Assembly: GCA_905178155.1 (NCBI GenBank)
Contig: CAJINV010000004.1
Span: forward strand, 3,567,320 to 3,631,319
Direction: 5' to 3'
DNA length: 64,000 nt
Source: Amoebophrya sp. A120
Lineage: Eukaryota; Protista; Dinoflagellata
Part shown: positions 13,301 through 24,396 of the stretch, piece after piece
Layout: every line of letters starts with the position of its first letter
Position numbering within the stretch: the first letter of the stretch is position 1
Notes under the pieces: generated by a model
Database searches by the model: none
Seen by the model: the letters and a program-made list of their open reading frames with translations, nothing else
What the model was told of the DNA's origin: nothing
Program-made: the position numbers and the translations under genes

Positions 13301-15261
13301 GAGTACGACAGCGCGGCCAACTGCATGATGCAGCACTCCCCCGTGGCCTTTTCCCACGACCAGTTTCTCTTCGTCATGCAGAAAGTCGCGAACACGGAAC
13401 TCCTGTACCGGGCCATCAGCTTTTACATCGAGGAGCAACCCCTGCTATTGGACGCGTTGCTGAAAACCATTGAGAGCAAGGTGATATTATAATTGCAATA
13501 CTGCATGACAATAAACGTCGCGTGTCCATTATACACTACAAAATTCCTTTCAGCTTGCCGCAATCTGCGGAAAAATGCGACTCATCGACTCGGGCCGCGC
13601 TATGAGAAGTACAAGAACTCTTGTACACTACTGCATAACCACCTAAAACTCAACTCAACTCTCAGGTCGACCACGCGCGCGTGGTGCAGCAGATGCGGGA
13701 CATGGGACACCTTCCCCTGATCCTGCCCTACCTGAAGCAGGTCCAGGTGCACAACATTCAGGCGGTAAACGAGGCCTTGAACGAGCTTTACCTGGAAGCC
13801 GAAGACCACAGCAACCTGCGAAAATCGATCGAGGAATACGTATCCTGTGCAAAAGTATCGTACTCGTGGCAATTGCAGTCATGCATTACTAATCTCCTTT
13901 CCAAGGTAAAACAGCATGACAAATTCAATTTTTCATGCTGAGAAAATTTGTAATGCAATATATACTAGTGCGATGCTTTTGCAATGCATAATACGAAAAC
14001 ATTGACCAACTCTCGCTCGCGGGAAAGCTGGAAAAGCACGAGCTGCTGGAGATGCGCCGAATCGCCTCCTTGGTGTACATATGGATTGCAAAAATGTCTG
14101 GGTCTGGGAGATTGCAACTTGTCATGCTAAATCCGAATAATGCGGAAATCTGTGTTGCATGAGGGCCAAATAAAGCTGTCCACTTTCGACCAAGTTGGGA
14201 GGGAGTTTCTCATGCAGGATAACATAGCAGAGACCTCAGAGCCTCTGTCATGCTAGGTCCCGCATTCCAGACCTCATGGGTCATGAAAAACCTGCATGAC
14301 AAGTTTAACACTCTTCCAGACCCAGACATTTTTGCATTTGATAGGACAAGAAAAACAAGAGGTACGGGAAGGCCATCGAACTGTCGAAAAACGACAAGAT
14401 TTTCCAGGACGCTATCCTAAGCAAAAACGTCCCCACCCCATCGTCAAGTTGGGAATCTAGCAACACAAATTTCCAAGTTTTGGGAGCCGTGCATGACAAC
14501 TTTCCCTCTGCAGTGTAGTGCTGATTGGCAAGAGAGGCCGCATAAGAAAGTTATTTTCACTTCGTGTTTACAGCATTACAAATTCCAAAACACGATTGGA
14601 ATTTCCTCTCATGGTGCTGCGCATGACAAATGTTTCTCTCATTTCACATTTGCATGACAACTCTGGTGGGGGGACGTTTTTACTTAGGATAGACGCCATG
14701 GAAACCGCGCGGGACAGCGGGAGCAGCGACCTCGCGCTGGAGCTGCTGCAGTACTTCATTCAGGAGCAAGACAAGGAGTGCTTCACGGCGTGCTTGTTCA
14801 CCTGTTACGCCTTGTTGAAGCCAGATGTGGTGATGGAGCTCGCGTGGCGCAACAACATGATGAACTCCGCCATGCCGTACCTGATTCAGTCCGTGAAGCA
14901 GTACACGGCGAGAATAGACGGGCTGGACAAAAAAGTGGAGAAGGAGGAAAAGGAGAAGGAACAGCAAAAATCCGCGAACAACGACTACGTGGCGGATTAC
15001 GGTATGATATGTGGAGACTTGTTTTTTTTTCAAGCTTGGTTGATATCAAAGTCAAAAAGTATAAAACACTATTGATACTACCAAGACCTATAATGGTTTA
15101 GTACCTGTTCCTTCTCTATCGCAGGTATGGGTCCTGCTGGGATGATGCCCGGGTTCGGCCACTTGGCAATCGGAAACGCACCCTTCCAGCCCGCAGCCAA
15201 TGGCATGATGGGCATGGGCGGCCCACCGATGGGAGGTCCCGGGAGTATGGGCGGCTTTTGA
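4334..15261 (+). CDS. CHC: Clathrin heavy chain, about 27 exons (15 introner introns + 11 GT-AG introns)
   Basis: N-terminus [17 protein letters not shown]; DCSEELGD; [12 protein letters not shown]; [12 protein letters not shown]; [14 protein letters not shown]; [13 protein letters not shown]; [11 protein letters not shown]; [19 protein letters not shown]; [11 protein letters not shown]. Reading frame is continuous after intron removal; stop TGA 15259-15261. Confidence 0.97.
4477..4757. mobile_element. Introner family C
   Basis: TIR TATCCT..GTAAAAACGTCCCCACCCCATA; DR CAGGT/CAGGT. Confidence 0.93.
5059..5323. mobile_element. Introner family A
   Basis: TIR TGCAAA.ATGTCTGGGTCTGGAA; DR CAACC/CAACC. 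Confidence 0.93.
5723..5934. mobile_element. Introner family F
   Basis: TATCCAGGAAAAAAAGTGTGTAAGTGTAA...TTACACTTACACAGTTTTTCTCTTGCATA; DR ACGGG/ACGGG. Confidence 0.9.
6649..6908. mobile_element. Introner family A
   Basis: Family A TIRs; DR GATCC/GATCC. Confidence 0.93.
6959..7227. mobile_element. Introner family A
   Basis: Family A TIRs; DR GCACA/GCACA; only 50 nt from the previous copy. Confidence 0.93.
8984..9247. mobile_element. Introner family A (subfamily shared with 37572, opposite orientation)
   Basis: DR CCTGC/CCTGC. Confidence 0.9.
9380..9532. mobile_element. Introner family D
   Basis: TIR TGCAAAAGTATCG(T/C)ACT; DR GACCT/GACCT. Confidence 0.9.
9591..9806. mobile_element. Introner family E
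   Basis: TIR TAT.ACAG.GCACAACTCCCC; DR CAAGT/CAAGT. Confidence 0.9.
9859..10157. mobile_element. Introner, family C-related
   Basis: TIR TATTACAATGAA.AATGCCCCCACCCC; DR AGTCG/AGTCG. Confidence 0.92.
11022..11356. mobile_element. Introner family C
   Basis: Family C TIRs; DR ACAAG/ACAAA. Confidence 0.9.
11507..11758. mobile_element. Introner family A
   Basis: DR GTGCA/GTGCA. Confidence 0.92.
11817..12069. mobile_element. Introner family A
   Basis: DR AACTG/AACTG. Confidence 0.92.
13841..13990. mobile_element. Introner family D (inverted relative to 9380)
   Basis: Starts TATCCTGTGCAAAAG, ends TTTTGCAATGCATA; DR ATACG/ATACG. Confidence 0.9.
14080..14343. mobile_element. Introner family A
   Basis: DR GTACA/GGACA. 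Confidence 0.92.
14413..14691. mobile_element. Introner family C
   Basis: DR GACGC/GACGC. Confidence 0.92.
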
Positions 15262-16792
15262 TAAGGAACCACTTATCATGATCTCTTCCGTTGATTCACA
15301 ATAAGAATATATTGAGACACAGCTGTACTACCCGAAATCCTTTCTGTTCCCAAAAAAGACAACGCTAAGGCCGTTGTCCTACTTTCCCATTTCATCTACC
15401 GATGCAAGTATTCAGGTTTTGCAAGCATCGAAATCGATGATCATAAAAACGCACTGACAGCTACACATCGAATTCTGTGAAGGATATTTTTTAAAGTTTC
15501 TACCACACTGTTTGCTTTCACTGAAGAAGCAAGCACGCATGTTGTTTTGGTTTTCCTTTGACCGCCTAAAAAGTTTTATAACTTTTACTTTTCAAAAAAA
15601 AATATCCAGCGACAACTAGCAAATAAAACGTCCGCACGTAATCTACTCTGCTCAATCTTTATTACGATACTCGCAAGAGCTTCTACGACCAACCTAGAAG
15701 CTCCTCTTCAGTTGTGGTTTAGAAACTTTGCTCGTTCACTTCATCAGTCTCGTGTTTGGCACTTATCGGAGAAGGGAGGACAAAAAAACTCGCACTCTTT
15801 CTGCTGCTGCTGTCTCGCCCCCGATCGGAATATTAAATGCTAAGAACAACAAGCATTAGCATAGTAGTGTCTGGCAGCTTTTCTGCAGCCTTTCGAGGCA
15901 GTAGCGAGAAACCTCCCACACTTCATGTTGCTACGGTTTCTGCTTAGCGATGTTGGGCTGTACTTTTCTACTTCTGCTTAGAAGGGGATGTTGAAATAAT
16001 GTCTTGTATCTGTTAAATTCTTGGGTCACTTGTTGTTGTAAAAAAGCTTTCAAAAATCATCTTCTACCGCTCTACTTCGGATCATCTATTTTTCGAACAG
16101 TGTAAATGCGATGAAATTGGTTTGCGGTTTCATTCTGTCGTTGTGCACAACAAGCATCGAGGTGACGATTATTCACAACACATGCTTCTGCGTTCTTTTT
16201 ATCTGAAGTTCATTTTCGCCCGGTCTGCAGTTCTATTCGACAGGCTGTATCGATATGGCGTTGCGTGGTCGGACCTTCCAATTCGTCGCATTTTCTGTAG
16301 GCGTATTCGTCGTCGTTGACATGCCGGAAATTTAAAAGGTCTTGAACAAGAGAGGTGGAGTGGAGGAAAGAAATTGCTGACAAGTGACCGTGTCGTGAGC
16401 GAATTACTGAAGTACTACAAAAAAGACATGATTGCTCCTGGGTGACGCGCTCCTCGCAAGTCGGCGGGGTCCTCCGATTTGCTCCTCCTATATCATTTTC
16501 GCGGCACTCCAGTAGCAGTTCGGGAAGAGTAAAAGTCCTTGTAAATGTCCTCAATTTATTTTATTTTTGGACCCTGTTGATTTGCGTTGATCTTGATCTA
16601 ACATAAAAAATCCACCGCTCTTACGCCACTCCGGGTCCCGACGTCGGAACGAGATTTTGTTTCTCCCGTAGTTGCTCCCGACCTAACAAATCGGACAACC
16701 ATACTAGACTTTCGCACGCTGACGGTACCGCTCGTCTGCGACCTGAACGATTCGACGAAGAGTCCTCTCAGGGACCCCTGTACTAGCTCTGT

Positions 16793-18566
16793 ATGCCAGA
16801 AACTACGGAGGAGCAGGAGCGGCTGCTGTCGCCGATGGAGCCAGCTACAACTCAGGCGAGGGGTGGTTTTTCACCCACACAGAACATCATGAAAGAAAAC
16901 ACCACAACCAGTACAGCGACATCTTCTTTTGCTGGACTACAGACGACTTCCAGTACAACGAATAGCACGGCTTCTTATTATAACACTGCAACGTCGAAGC
17001 TCCGGATGTTGAATAATGGCTCAACCAAGATGCAGATCCTCGGGGTGGAACCTCTCCTGATTCAGAACCCGGACGGCAGCATCGCCCGCAGCGTTCCGCC
17101 CGGATACAAGGAGAAATCGCCGAAAAAGAGCCCTTATCCTTGATGCAAAAGAATCTTCGCACTCGACCTGGTCTAAATTGCAGAAGACCTTCACTGCCTT
17201 CGGTTAAGTTGTACCTGATTTTTCCGCATGACAAAAGTTTTGCATGTTTGCTTCTGGACAAAAATTTGTCATTTGATTCATGGTAGTGTGATCATGTTTT
17301 TGTAGTGTTGCACAGTCCGCGGATCGGCTTCGCCAGCAACGGGCTGCTCTGGGGGGAGCTGGAGGAGGGAAATTTGTCGGCCGAGCTGGAGCTGCTGTAT
17401 CAGCGGCACGAGAAAATGTTCACAGCCCTCGTGGGGTTCGAACTTGTGGTGGAGATGGGCTTATCAACTGCAAAAATGTCTGGGTCTGCAACAAAGCAAC
17501 TTGTCATTCTAAACCTGAATCATGTAAAAATCTGTGTTGCATGATTACCAAAAGCTGTCCACTTTCGACCTAACCGAGAGGCAGTTTCTCATGCAGGATA
17601 GGCATGATAGAAGTCTCACAGAATCTGTCATGCTATGTCCTACATACCAGACATCATGGGTCATGGAAAACCTGCATGACAAACCTGGCAATCTTCCAGA
17701 CCCAGACACTTTTGCACTTAATAGGGCTTCTTGGCGCTTTTTTGGTTCACGTGGGGGAGGACCGTGGAGGAGCTGGAAACGGTAGTTAATCGGTTTAAAA
17801 TTGCAGTTGTGCATGACAGATCTGGTTTCTGCTCAAATGATTCAGCATTACAAATTCCATACTCGTCGTCCCTTCATAAACAGGTATACGGCCGGTCCCG
17901 TCGTTCCGGCGTAGAAACCGCCTTGGCGGTTGCGTTCACCTTATTGAGAGGAAAAATCCCCTCTCCCCATATCAAAGCGAAACTTCTGATGCTGGATTTG
18001 TGTACACAAATCCGAGCTGTCGTGCTGGAGAGCACTGCAGGCCCATACCAAGTGTGAGTAGAGACAGAGGTCTTGGCCTAGGCACTTAGCATGAAAAACG
18101 TCAGCACGGTAGGCCCAACACCATGACAAACCGCCTGCACAATGCGGCGGAGCCTGCGGAGTTGCCTTCTTGCAAGACAGACACGATTTGCGGCCACAAA
18201 TCAGCATCACAAACTTGCAAAAAATACCTTTTCAGTATGGAGAGGGGGGATTTTTCCTTTTGATACACCTGCCGCACTGTTTACGCATCAATCTACTACC
18301 TGCTCGCGGTCCACGCGTTAAAAGTGCGAAAAAGCGACGCGTTCAAACTGTTCGCGACGTTCAGCCTGTTGGGCGTGGTGTGCGAACTGTTTCTCACGTA
18401 CATCAACAAATTCAACATGGTGGTCTTTTTCTTACGGCTGTTGGCGTATTTGTACTCGAAGTTTTTGCGTTCTGTGTCCCAACACCAGCGACTGCTTCGG
18501 GGAGACGACAGCGAGAGCAACGGGAGCAGTGGCGGGGAAGAGAGCGACGGGGCAGACGTTGTGTGA
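16793..18566 (+). CDS. Hypothetical multi-pass membrane protein (paralog of next gene)
   Basis: Spliced frame through introners 17462-17723 and 17942-18265, a degenerate one at 17135-17314 and GT-AG intron 17782-17883. Hydrophobic segments; C-terminal KFNMVVFFLRLLAYLYSKFL. Confidence 0.7.
17135..17314. mobile_element. Degenerate introner (tentative)
   Basis: TATCC start, DR GCCCT/GTCCG, internal GCATGACAA; removal keeps the frame. Confidence 0.4.
17462..17723. mobile_element. Introner family A
   Basis: DR GGGCT/GGGCT; interior very similar to the 5059 copy. Confidence 0.92.
17942..18265. mobile_element. Introner family B (inverted relative to 1898)
   Basis: DR CACCT/CACCT. Confidence 0.92.
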
Positions 18567-19769
18567 CGAGCGAAGGCTCATGATGTGGGGACCGAAGGAG
18601 TGTAATAGAGGTTTTAAATTGATGATGGCTAAATTTGTACAATTTAGAAATACTTTTTGCAGAGGTTCACCTGGATTTGTATTCGTTTTTTTGCCCCTAA
18701 GTTTGTAGTAGCGATTCATTGTCCTTCATGTATGTAAAAATTTTCTCAGCTATATTATCCTGTATCAACAAGACAAGCACTATATAGTTTTCTGTACCGA
18801 ACAAACCACACAGTACAGTCACGCCCTTGATGACGTAACCTTGTTGTACGTACAAATGTAAAATTGCAGTGCGCGGCGGCACGAGTTCGCAATTGTATCT
18901 TGTTTCGGTTAAGCAAAAATCGGAGGCGAGAGCTCGATTGGTGGCACTGGTCTCCCCTGCGGAAACAAAAACCACTGTAGCTAGAAATTCGCTGTTCATC
19001 AGAAACAAGAAAACTTCGTGACATTAAATGCTCAGCCAGATGCAGAGAATGGCTACCAACTTATTCTTGCTGATATATCGGTCTTTTCATGCAGAAACTT
19101 TCCCCATTCGGTGCTATCGTGAGTATCTTGAGTAGGTATATAAGTACTTACACCTGCTTCTCGTTGACGGTAGTCGATACAGACAAGATACCAAAAAGAC
19201 CTATCGGTTTGTGATCGTGCTGATAGCTTGTATCGTGTATATCGGTTTTATTTTTCCAATATTCATTCGTAAATTTCGGTTGGACTTGCGATCTGTAGAC
19301 AAGGATAAAAATCGTCGGGTCGTCGTACATCACGGCTTTCGTGCAAAATGAAGCCATCGTCTCGTCCTAGCGAACTTTCATCCGTACAACTGAAGAACAA
19401 CTACCGGTTTGAAAATTAAGAACAACTCTCGGCCGTACATCAACTAACTATACTCGTCTGTAGTACTCCATGTGGTCTAAAGCAAAGCCTAATGTATTCT
19501 TCGTGTTAAATTTTGATTTTCTTTTTCGCAATCCAAATTCCTCAAGGGCCACGCGCTACTTCACCCCTGACTGAGAAGATTGTGGCTCTAAGTATTGCAC
19601 CACGCTCTATAATTTCTTTACTCATTTGCATTTTTAATTTGTTTCTGACCTCCACACATTTGTAACTTATTGTTGTTTTTTGTTCATCCCTAATATCCTA
19701 TTTTCAAACTATTGTGCATATGTTGAATTCGCCGACTACTATTACTTGTTTTTCAGTCAAAAAAAGTTG

Positions 19770-22700
19770 ATGGATTGCGGAGCGGGGGGCGGCGGAGCCC
19801 CGACGGGGGGAGTGGATAATATCATCGAAGGGGACAACACCTCGACTGCCGCCTTCACCACCGACACCAATTCCGAGGGGGACAGGGTATAATGCGTTTA
19901 ATTTCTGGTTTTTCATCGATTCTCGTCCGATGCTCCGTACTCTGGAATTATAGGATCTAGTTTTTTTGCTATGCTGCTCCCTCGTCAGGAGGTCCCCTTC
20001 GCATTCTGTCCAGTTCTGTCCCGGACGTATTTTTTTGATGTTCCGCTGCAAGACTTATGCTTTCAAAGGTGAAGAGTTGTGAAACTAACAAAGCAACTAA
20101 TATACTGCTCTACCATCACAGCGGCCGCCGAAGTCTTTTTCCAAGTCCCGCAAGACGTCTTCAACAACCCATGGCACCAGTGCAGCCGGCAGTTCGAGCC
20201 GCAGCACGCACGGCGGGCACCGCGGAAGCAGCAGCAGTTCCAGCAGCAGCTCGGCGGCGGGAACGGAGGACGAGTTCGAAATACTAACGTACGGTGCGGT
20301 CACCTACGTCAAGGACCCGAAGGACAACCGGAGCACGAAAGAGTTGAAGGAGGTAATCGCGAACAACCTCGCGTGCAACGAGCCGTTGGTTTCGGACAAC
20401 GAGAAGTCGGCACGCGGTGGGTCGAAGGACAGAAATGGAAACAAGGTCGAGGCGGAAGATGGTACTTCTATAAAGATTTGTGAATTATTGGGTGCTTGAT
20501 GCGATATCTGGAACTGGAAGTGAATTGGAGGTCAGAAAATAGAGCTTTAGTTAGAGCTTTACTTCTTTTAGCATGGGTTCGAGCAAGAGAAATTGTTCGT
20601 ACTGAAGCGTACTACACAACACTAGAATTATCGCATCACAACTTTCATCATTCCTCAGGCCCCTCCCTTCTCGACACGGCTGCGGAGTACATTTCTGGCA
20701 TGGTCTCCTCCTCCCCGGCCAAGAAGAAGAGCCGCGCGCTACGAATCAACGACGGACGTTCGAACAGCCGAGATCATGTTGGAAACAATAACGACACAAC
20801 CACCGCTGGTTCGCACATCGTGGACATGCTGGGCATTAGCGGCACAACTAATAACGCCGCGGGGACCTCCCATAACGACAACAACGACGCTTCTTTTCTG
20901 TCCACCTCTTCGTTGTCAAATACCAGCCACAAATCCGCGAGTTCGCCGGAGCAAGAGAACCCGAAATCTTTGGTAATCGACGAAACAAAACTCCTCGGCG
21001 TGCAGGCCCCGGACGGATCCTCTTTTCTCGCGTATTTTGGCGGCTACCGGAAGGAGTTCGACCGGATCAGCAGCCGCATTTTGAAGAAGCGCGAGAACAT
21101 CGAGCGGCGGCGACTGAACCCCAGCACGTTTTTCGGCATGGAGCACCAGACCGACGGGGTATCAAATGTAAAAATGTCTGGGTCTGGAAGGTTGGAGCTT
21201 GTGATGCTAACTTTGGACGCTAAAAAAATCTGTATTGCATGACCAGCAAAAGGAGTCTAGTTTGTGCCATGCGCGGAGGGCATTTGTCATGCGGAATACG
21301 CACCAGAAAGCCAAAAAAGAAAATCTGTGATGCTACGCCATGCATTACAGGCATCATGTGTCATGCAAATATGCATGACAAACCTCGCGCCTTATTTTTA
21401 AAAAAATCTACTTTAGCTTTTACTTGGGCTGTGGGAACGAGACCAAGGAGACGAACAAGACCAACATTTATTTTTCCACCCTGGTGCCACCTTTAGTATC
21501 ATTATGGCCTTTCCTTGTCATGATCTGTTCCGGCTTCCGGTGTTTGTCATGCATTTTCCGCCCAGGCCCACCCTGGTGCTGTTGTTCGGACTGTCCCCAC
21601 GTCCGGTTTCGTTGGCCTTTTGCATGCTAGTCCTAGGGTATTGTCTTCACCCGCACACTCTCGTGTTCAGGACACCTTTACTGATACTACTGGTGCTACC
21701 ACCTTTTAGGGTGATTTTTTCGACGTAGGTGGGACTGTGTCTTAGTTGCTGTTTTTCATCGTTTTTTTACTTTTCTTTTAATCCCTCGGTGCTAGGAAAA
21801 GTTTTTGCACAGGGCAATTTCTATCCAGATATCCACACAGCTGTCGTCGCGGCCGTCCCAGATGCTGTTGTGCTTGTCTTTCGATAGAAATCGCGTTGTC
21901 CAATAATTTCTTCTAGAGTTTACCGGGTATGAGGCTACCGTTTGTCGAATTAATTTACGAGGGGACGCCCAGCCCTTAGCCTTCCAACATGACAAACCTC
22001 GCACTCTTCCAGACCCAGACATTTTTGCATTTGATACAGGGTTTTGATTGACCAAATGTCCGACTTGGAAGTCTTGTACTCGCGGCACCAGGTTTTGTTC
22101 CTGTGTTTATTGTTCCTAGACTTCTTCGTGATGACGCAATACCTCTGGATCAGCTACCACACCGGCATGGAATTGTGGGGCCTGAAGGGGAACAAGAAAG
22201 GTACTACAGTGCAACTACTAGCTTAGTGCAGCGGACTGCTTGTGTAGAATATTTCTGGGACGACCACTTCTGGAACGATTTATTTTCGGTGATGTAGTAC
22301 TGCTTTTCAGGCTAAATCCTCGCAGCCAACGAGGACCTGTGGATGAACGTGGTTGCACAGAAGAAACATGTTAGTTCAGGACCGAAAAAAACTAAAATCT
22401 AACAATCACCCCACATCACGACACAGGTATGCACGACATTTACTGGATCCTTTTTCTGATCCAATGCGGGTTTTGCCTCTTCTACTACGGGTTCGGGCTC
22501 CGGGCGTGCATGGGCCGGCCGATCGAGAAGCACGAGTACATGGGACGATTTTGCGTCGCGTCCATTGTCGGCTTGGTGTTGATGATCTTCGCGGAATACG
22601 TGCGGAAGTTCAACCTGTTCATCTTTTTCATGCGGCTGGTGATGCACTTGTACAGCAAGTTTCTGATCACCCTGAACCAGCACTTTTTCCTGTCCAATTC

Positions 22701-22839
22701 CGGGTCGGACGTGTACCAATTACTCGCTACCCAAGCGGCGGAGGAGGACGAGTCCGCAGGGGAGGAGGACGACTACGCGGAGACCAGGCAAGCCTTGCTG
22801 GAAATCCACCGTCGGGAGGCCGCGGAGCAGGCGGCGTGA
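19770..22839 (+). CDS. Hypothetical multi-pass membrane protein (paralog of preceding gene)
   Basis: Exons with LEVLYSRHQVLF and KFNLFIFFMRLVMHLYSKFL resemble the upstream gene. The 5' exon structure is approximate. Introner at 21160-22036. Confidence 0.65.
21160..22036. mobile_element. Introner family A with nested insertion
   Basis: Family A TIRs; DR CGGGG/CAGGG; 877 bp. Confidence 0.88.
21389..21987 (-). mobile_element. Nested 599-bp insertion with 15-bp target-site duplication (truncated non-LTR retroelement-like)
   Basis: CATGACAAACCTCGC at 21374-21388 and 21988-22002; on the minus strand an ORF tail is followed by UTR-like sequence. Confidence 0.65.
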
Positions 22840-24396
22840 GACGGAGGATAGAAATTGCAATTGGTGCTTTCATTTTCCGCTCCTCGAAACCGAAAAATCA
22901 AAAATCTATCACAATGACTGGGACAAAGATACGTACGAGCTATAAGTTTGCAACTATTTACAACTCTCCAGGATGCTGGTGGTGCGTGGTGCAACGAGTC
23001 CTATTCGAGCAGCCGGTTTTTTTATTTTTGAAACGCGGCATTGTACTTACTACGCCGGTCGTGCACAACGTGAATTAAATACGTGAATGTACAAAATGTC
23101 ACTTGATGCTGAAGCAGCACTACACAACATGTACAACTACTCAAGACCACACAGCATGATTTTTGCCTAACGCATGAAAATTATAACCCTTGTAATAGAT
23201 TGTAGTTGTTTTTGATTGTACACACACAACATGTAAAATGCGACGGAACCTCCACACGGAGATGTAAATGCAGCTTGTATACGATACGCCAATATCAAGT
23301 AGTATTGATTTCAAACTATGCACAGAGCACTGCATTTTTGTACTTTGTCCTATCACATCAATCTGTACACCTCTACTAATACCTCCAGTTTGTGTTTGAC
23401 AGTGTGCGGTGTCGACTCACTTTCTTACACTTACATTTTCCTTCATACATCGAGATCATTTCCTATACCAGCGTTTTAGTATTTTCTTCTTGTTACACTC
23501 AAGTTACTCATTTGAAAAGGGTGAAAGGCTGTTTAGTTCCGCCATAACAAGTTTTTTCATCCGGTGCGGTTTGAAGATATTTTTCCACTGCAAGAAATTG
23601 GTTGTTACGTGGTCCATTGGATACTTAAACTCAAAGGGAGGTCGAGAGGTTGGATACTGTTTTTTTTTCTTTCCCGCCTCGAGACCTCTGAACAGCACGA
23701 CATGGTGGACCGGGCAACAGGATCGCCTCTAAATTCTTCTTGTACCAATATGTGTAACTTCTACTTCACCTAGCGAAAAAATAAATACAAGTTCAAGTAA
23801 GAACATGGGTGGTGAGGATTTGCTTTCCATCGCATACTCTTTAGGTTTTTTTCGGGACGACCATTTTGGGAAGAAGACGAGATCTATGTTCTGGTCGAAG
23901 GCGACTCGGTAGAACGCAAGAAAAACATGAGTCGGGTACGAATTCATTTGTACGTTTGTTTGCGGCGTGTGCGTGAAGATGTTGCGTCCCTGTCGGTCTA
24001 AATCGGTGAGTACTACTAGCACGGCCTTAATATTGATTCTTCGCCGGGAAGCAAATGCAAATGGCAAGGGCGTGCAAGTTTTTTGGTTCCTCAAAGTTGG
24101 ATCAAAGTCAAAGTAGGAGCTTCTTTTTGCAGGCGATGAAACTACGAATCGGGCAGGTTTTATATAGAAGTGATACTCATTCTCATGTAGTTGCGTATGC
24201 GTAGTTGACGGAGGTTTCTGTTCCTCCTTCGGCGTACTGTTTTTACTTCCGGTTCTTGGTCCTAATTCTAACTCCTGCTGAAAATTTTGTACTTCGCTCC
24301 TCTATCGTATGCTAGGTCGTGCAGTCTCGTCCTCAGAAGAACATCATCAGTTCATTTTGCAGCAACCAGAATTATTTTTAGGGGAAAATAACGATC

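Noticed and set aside
4334-15261. Clathrin as a transposon-riddled pseudogene
   Set aside because: Every exon segment rejoins in frame with no stray stops or frameshifts that I could find, implying purifying selection.
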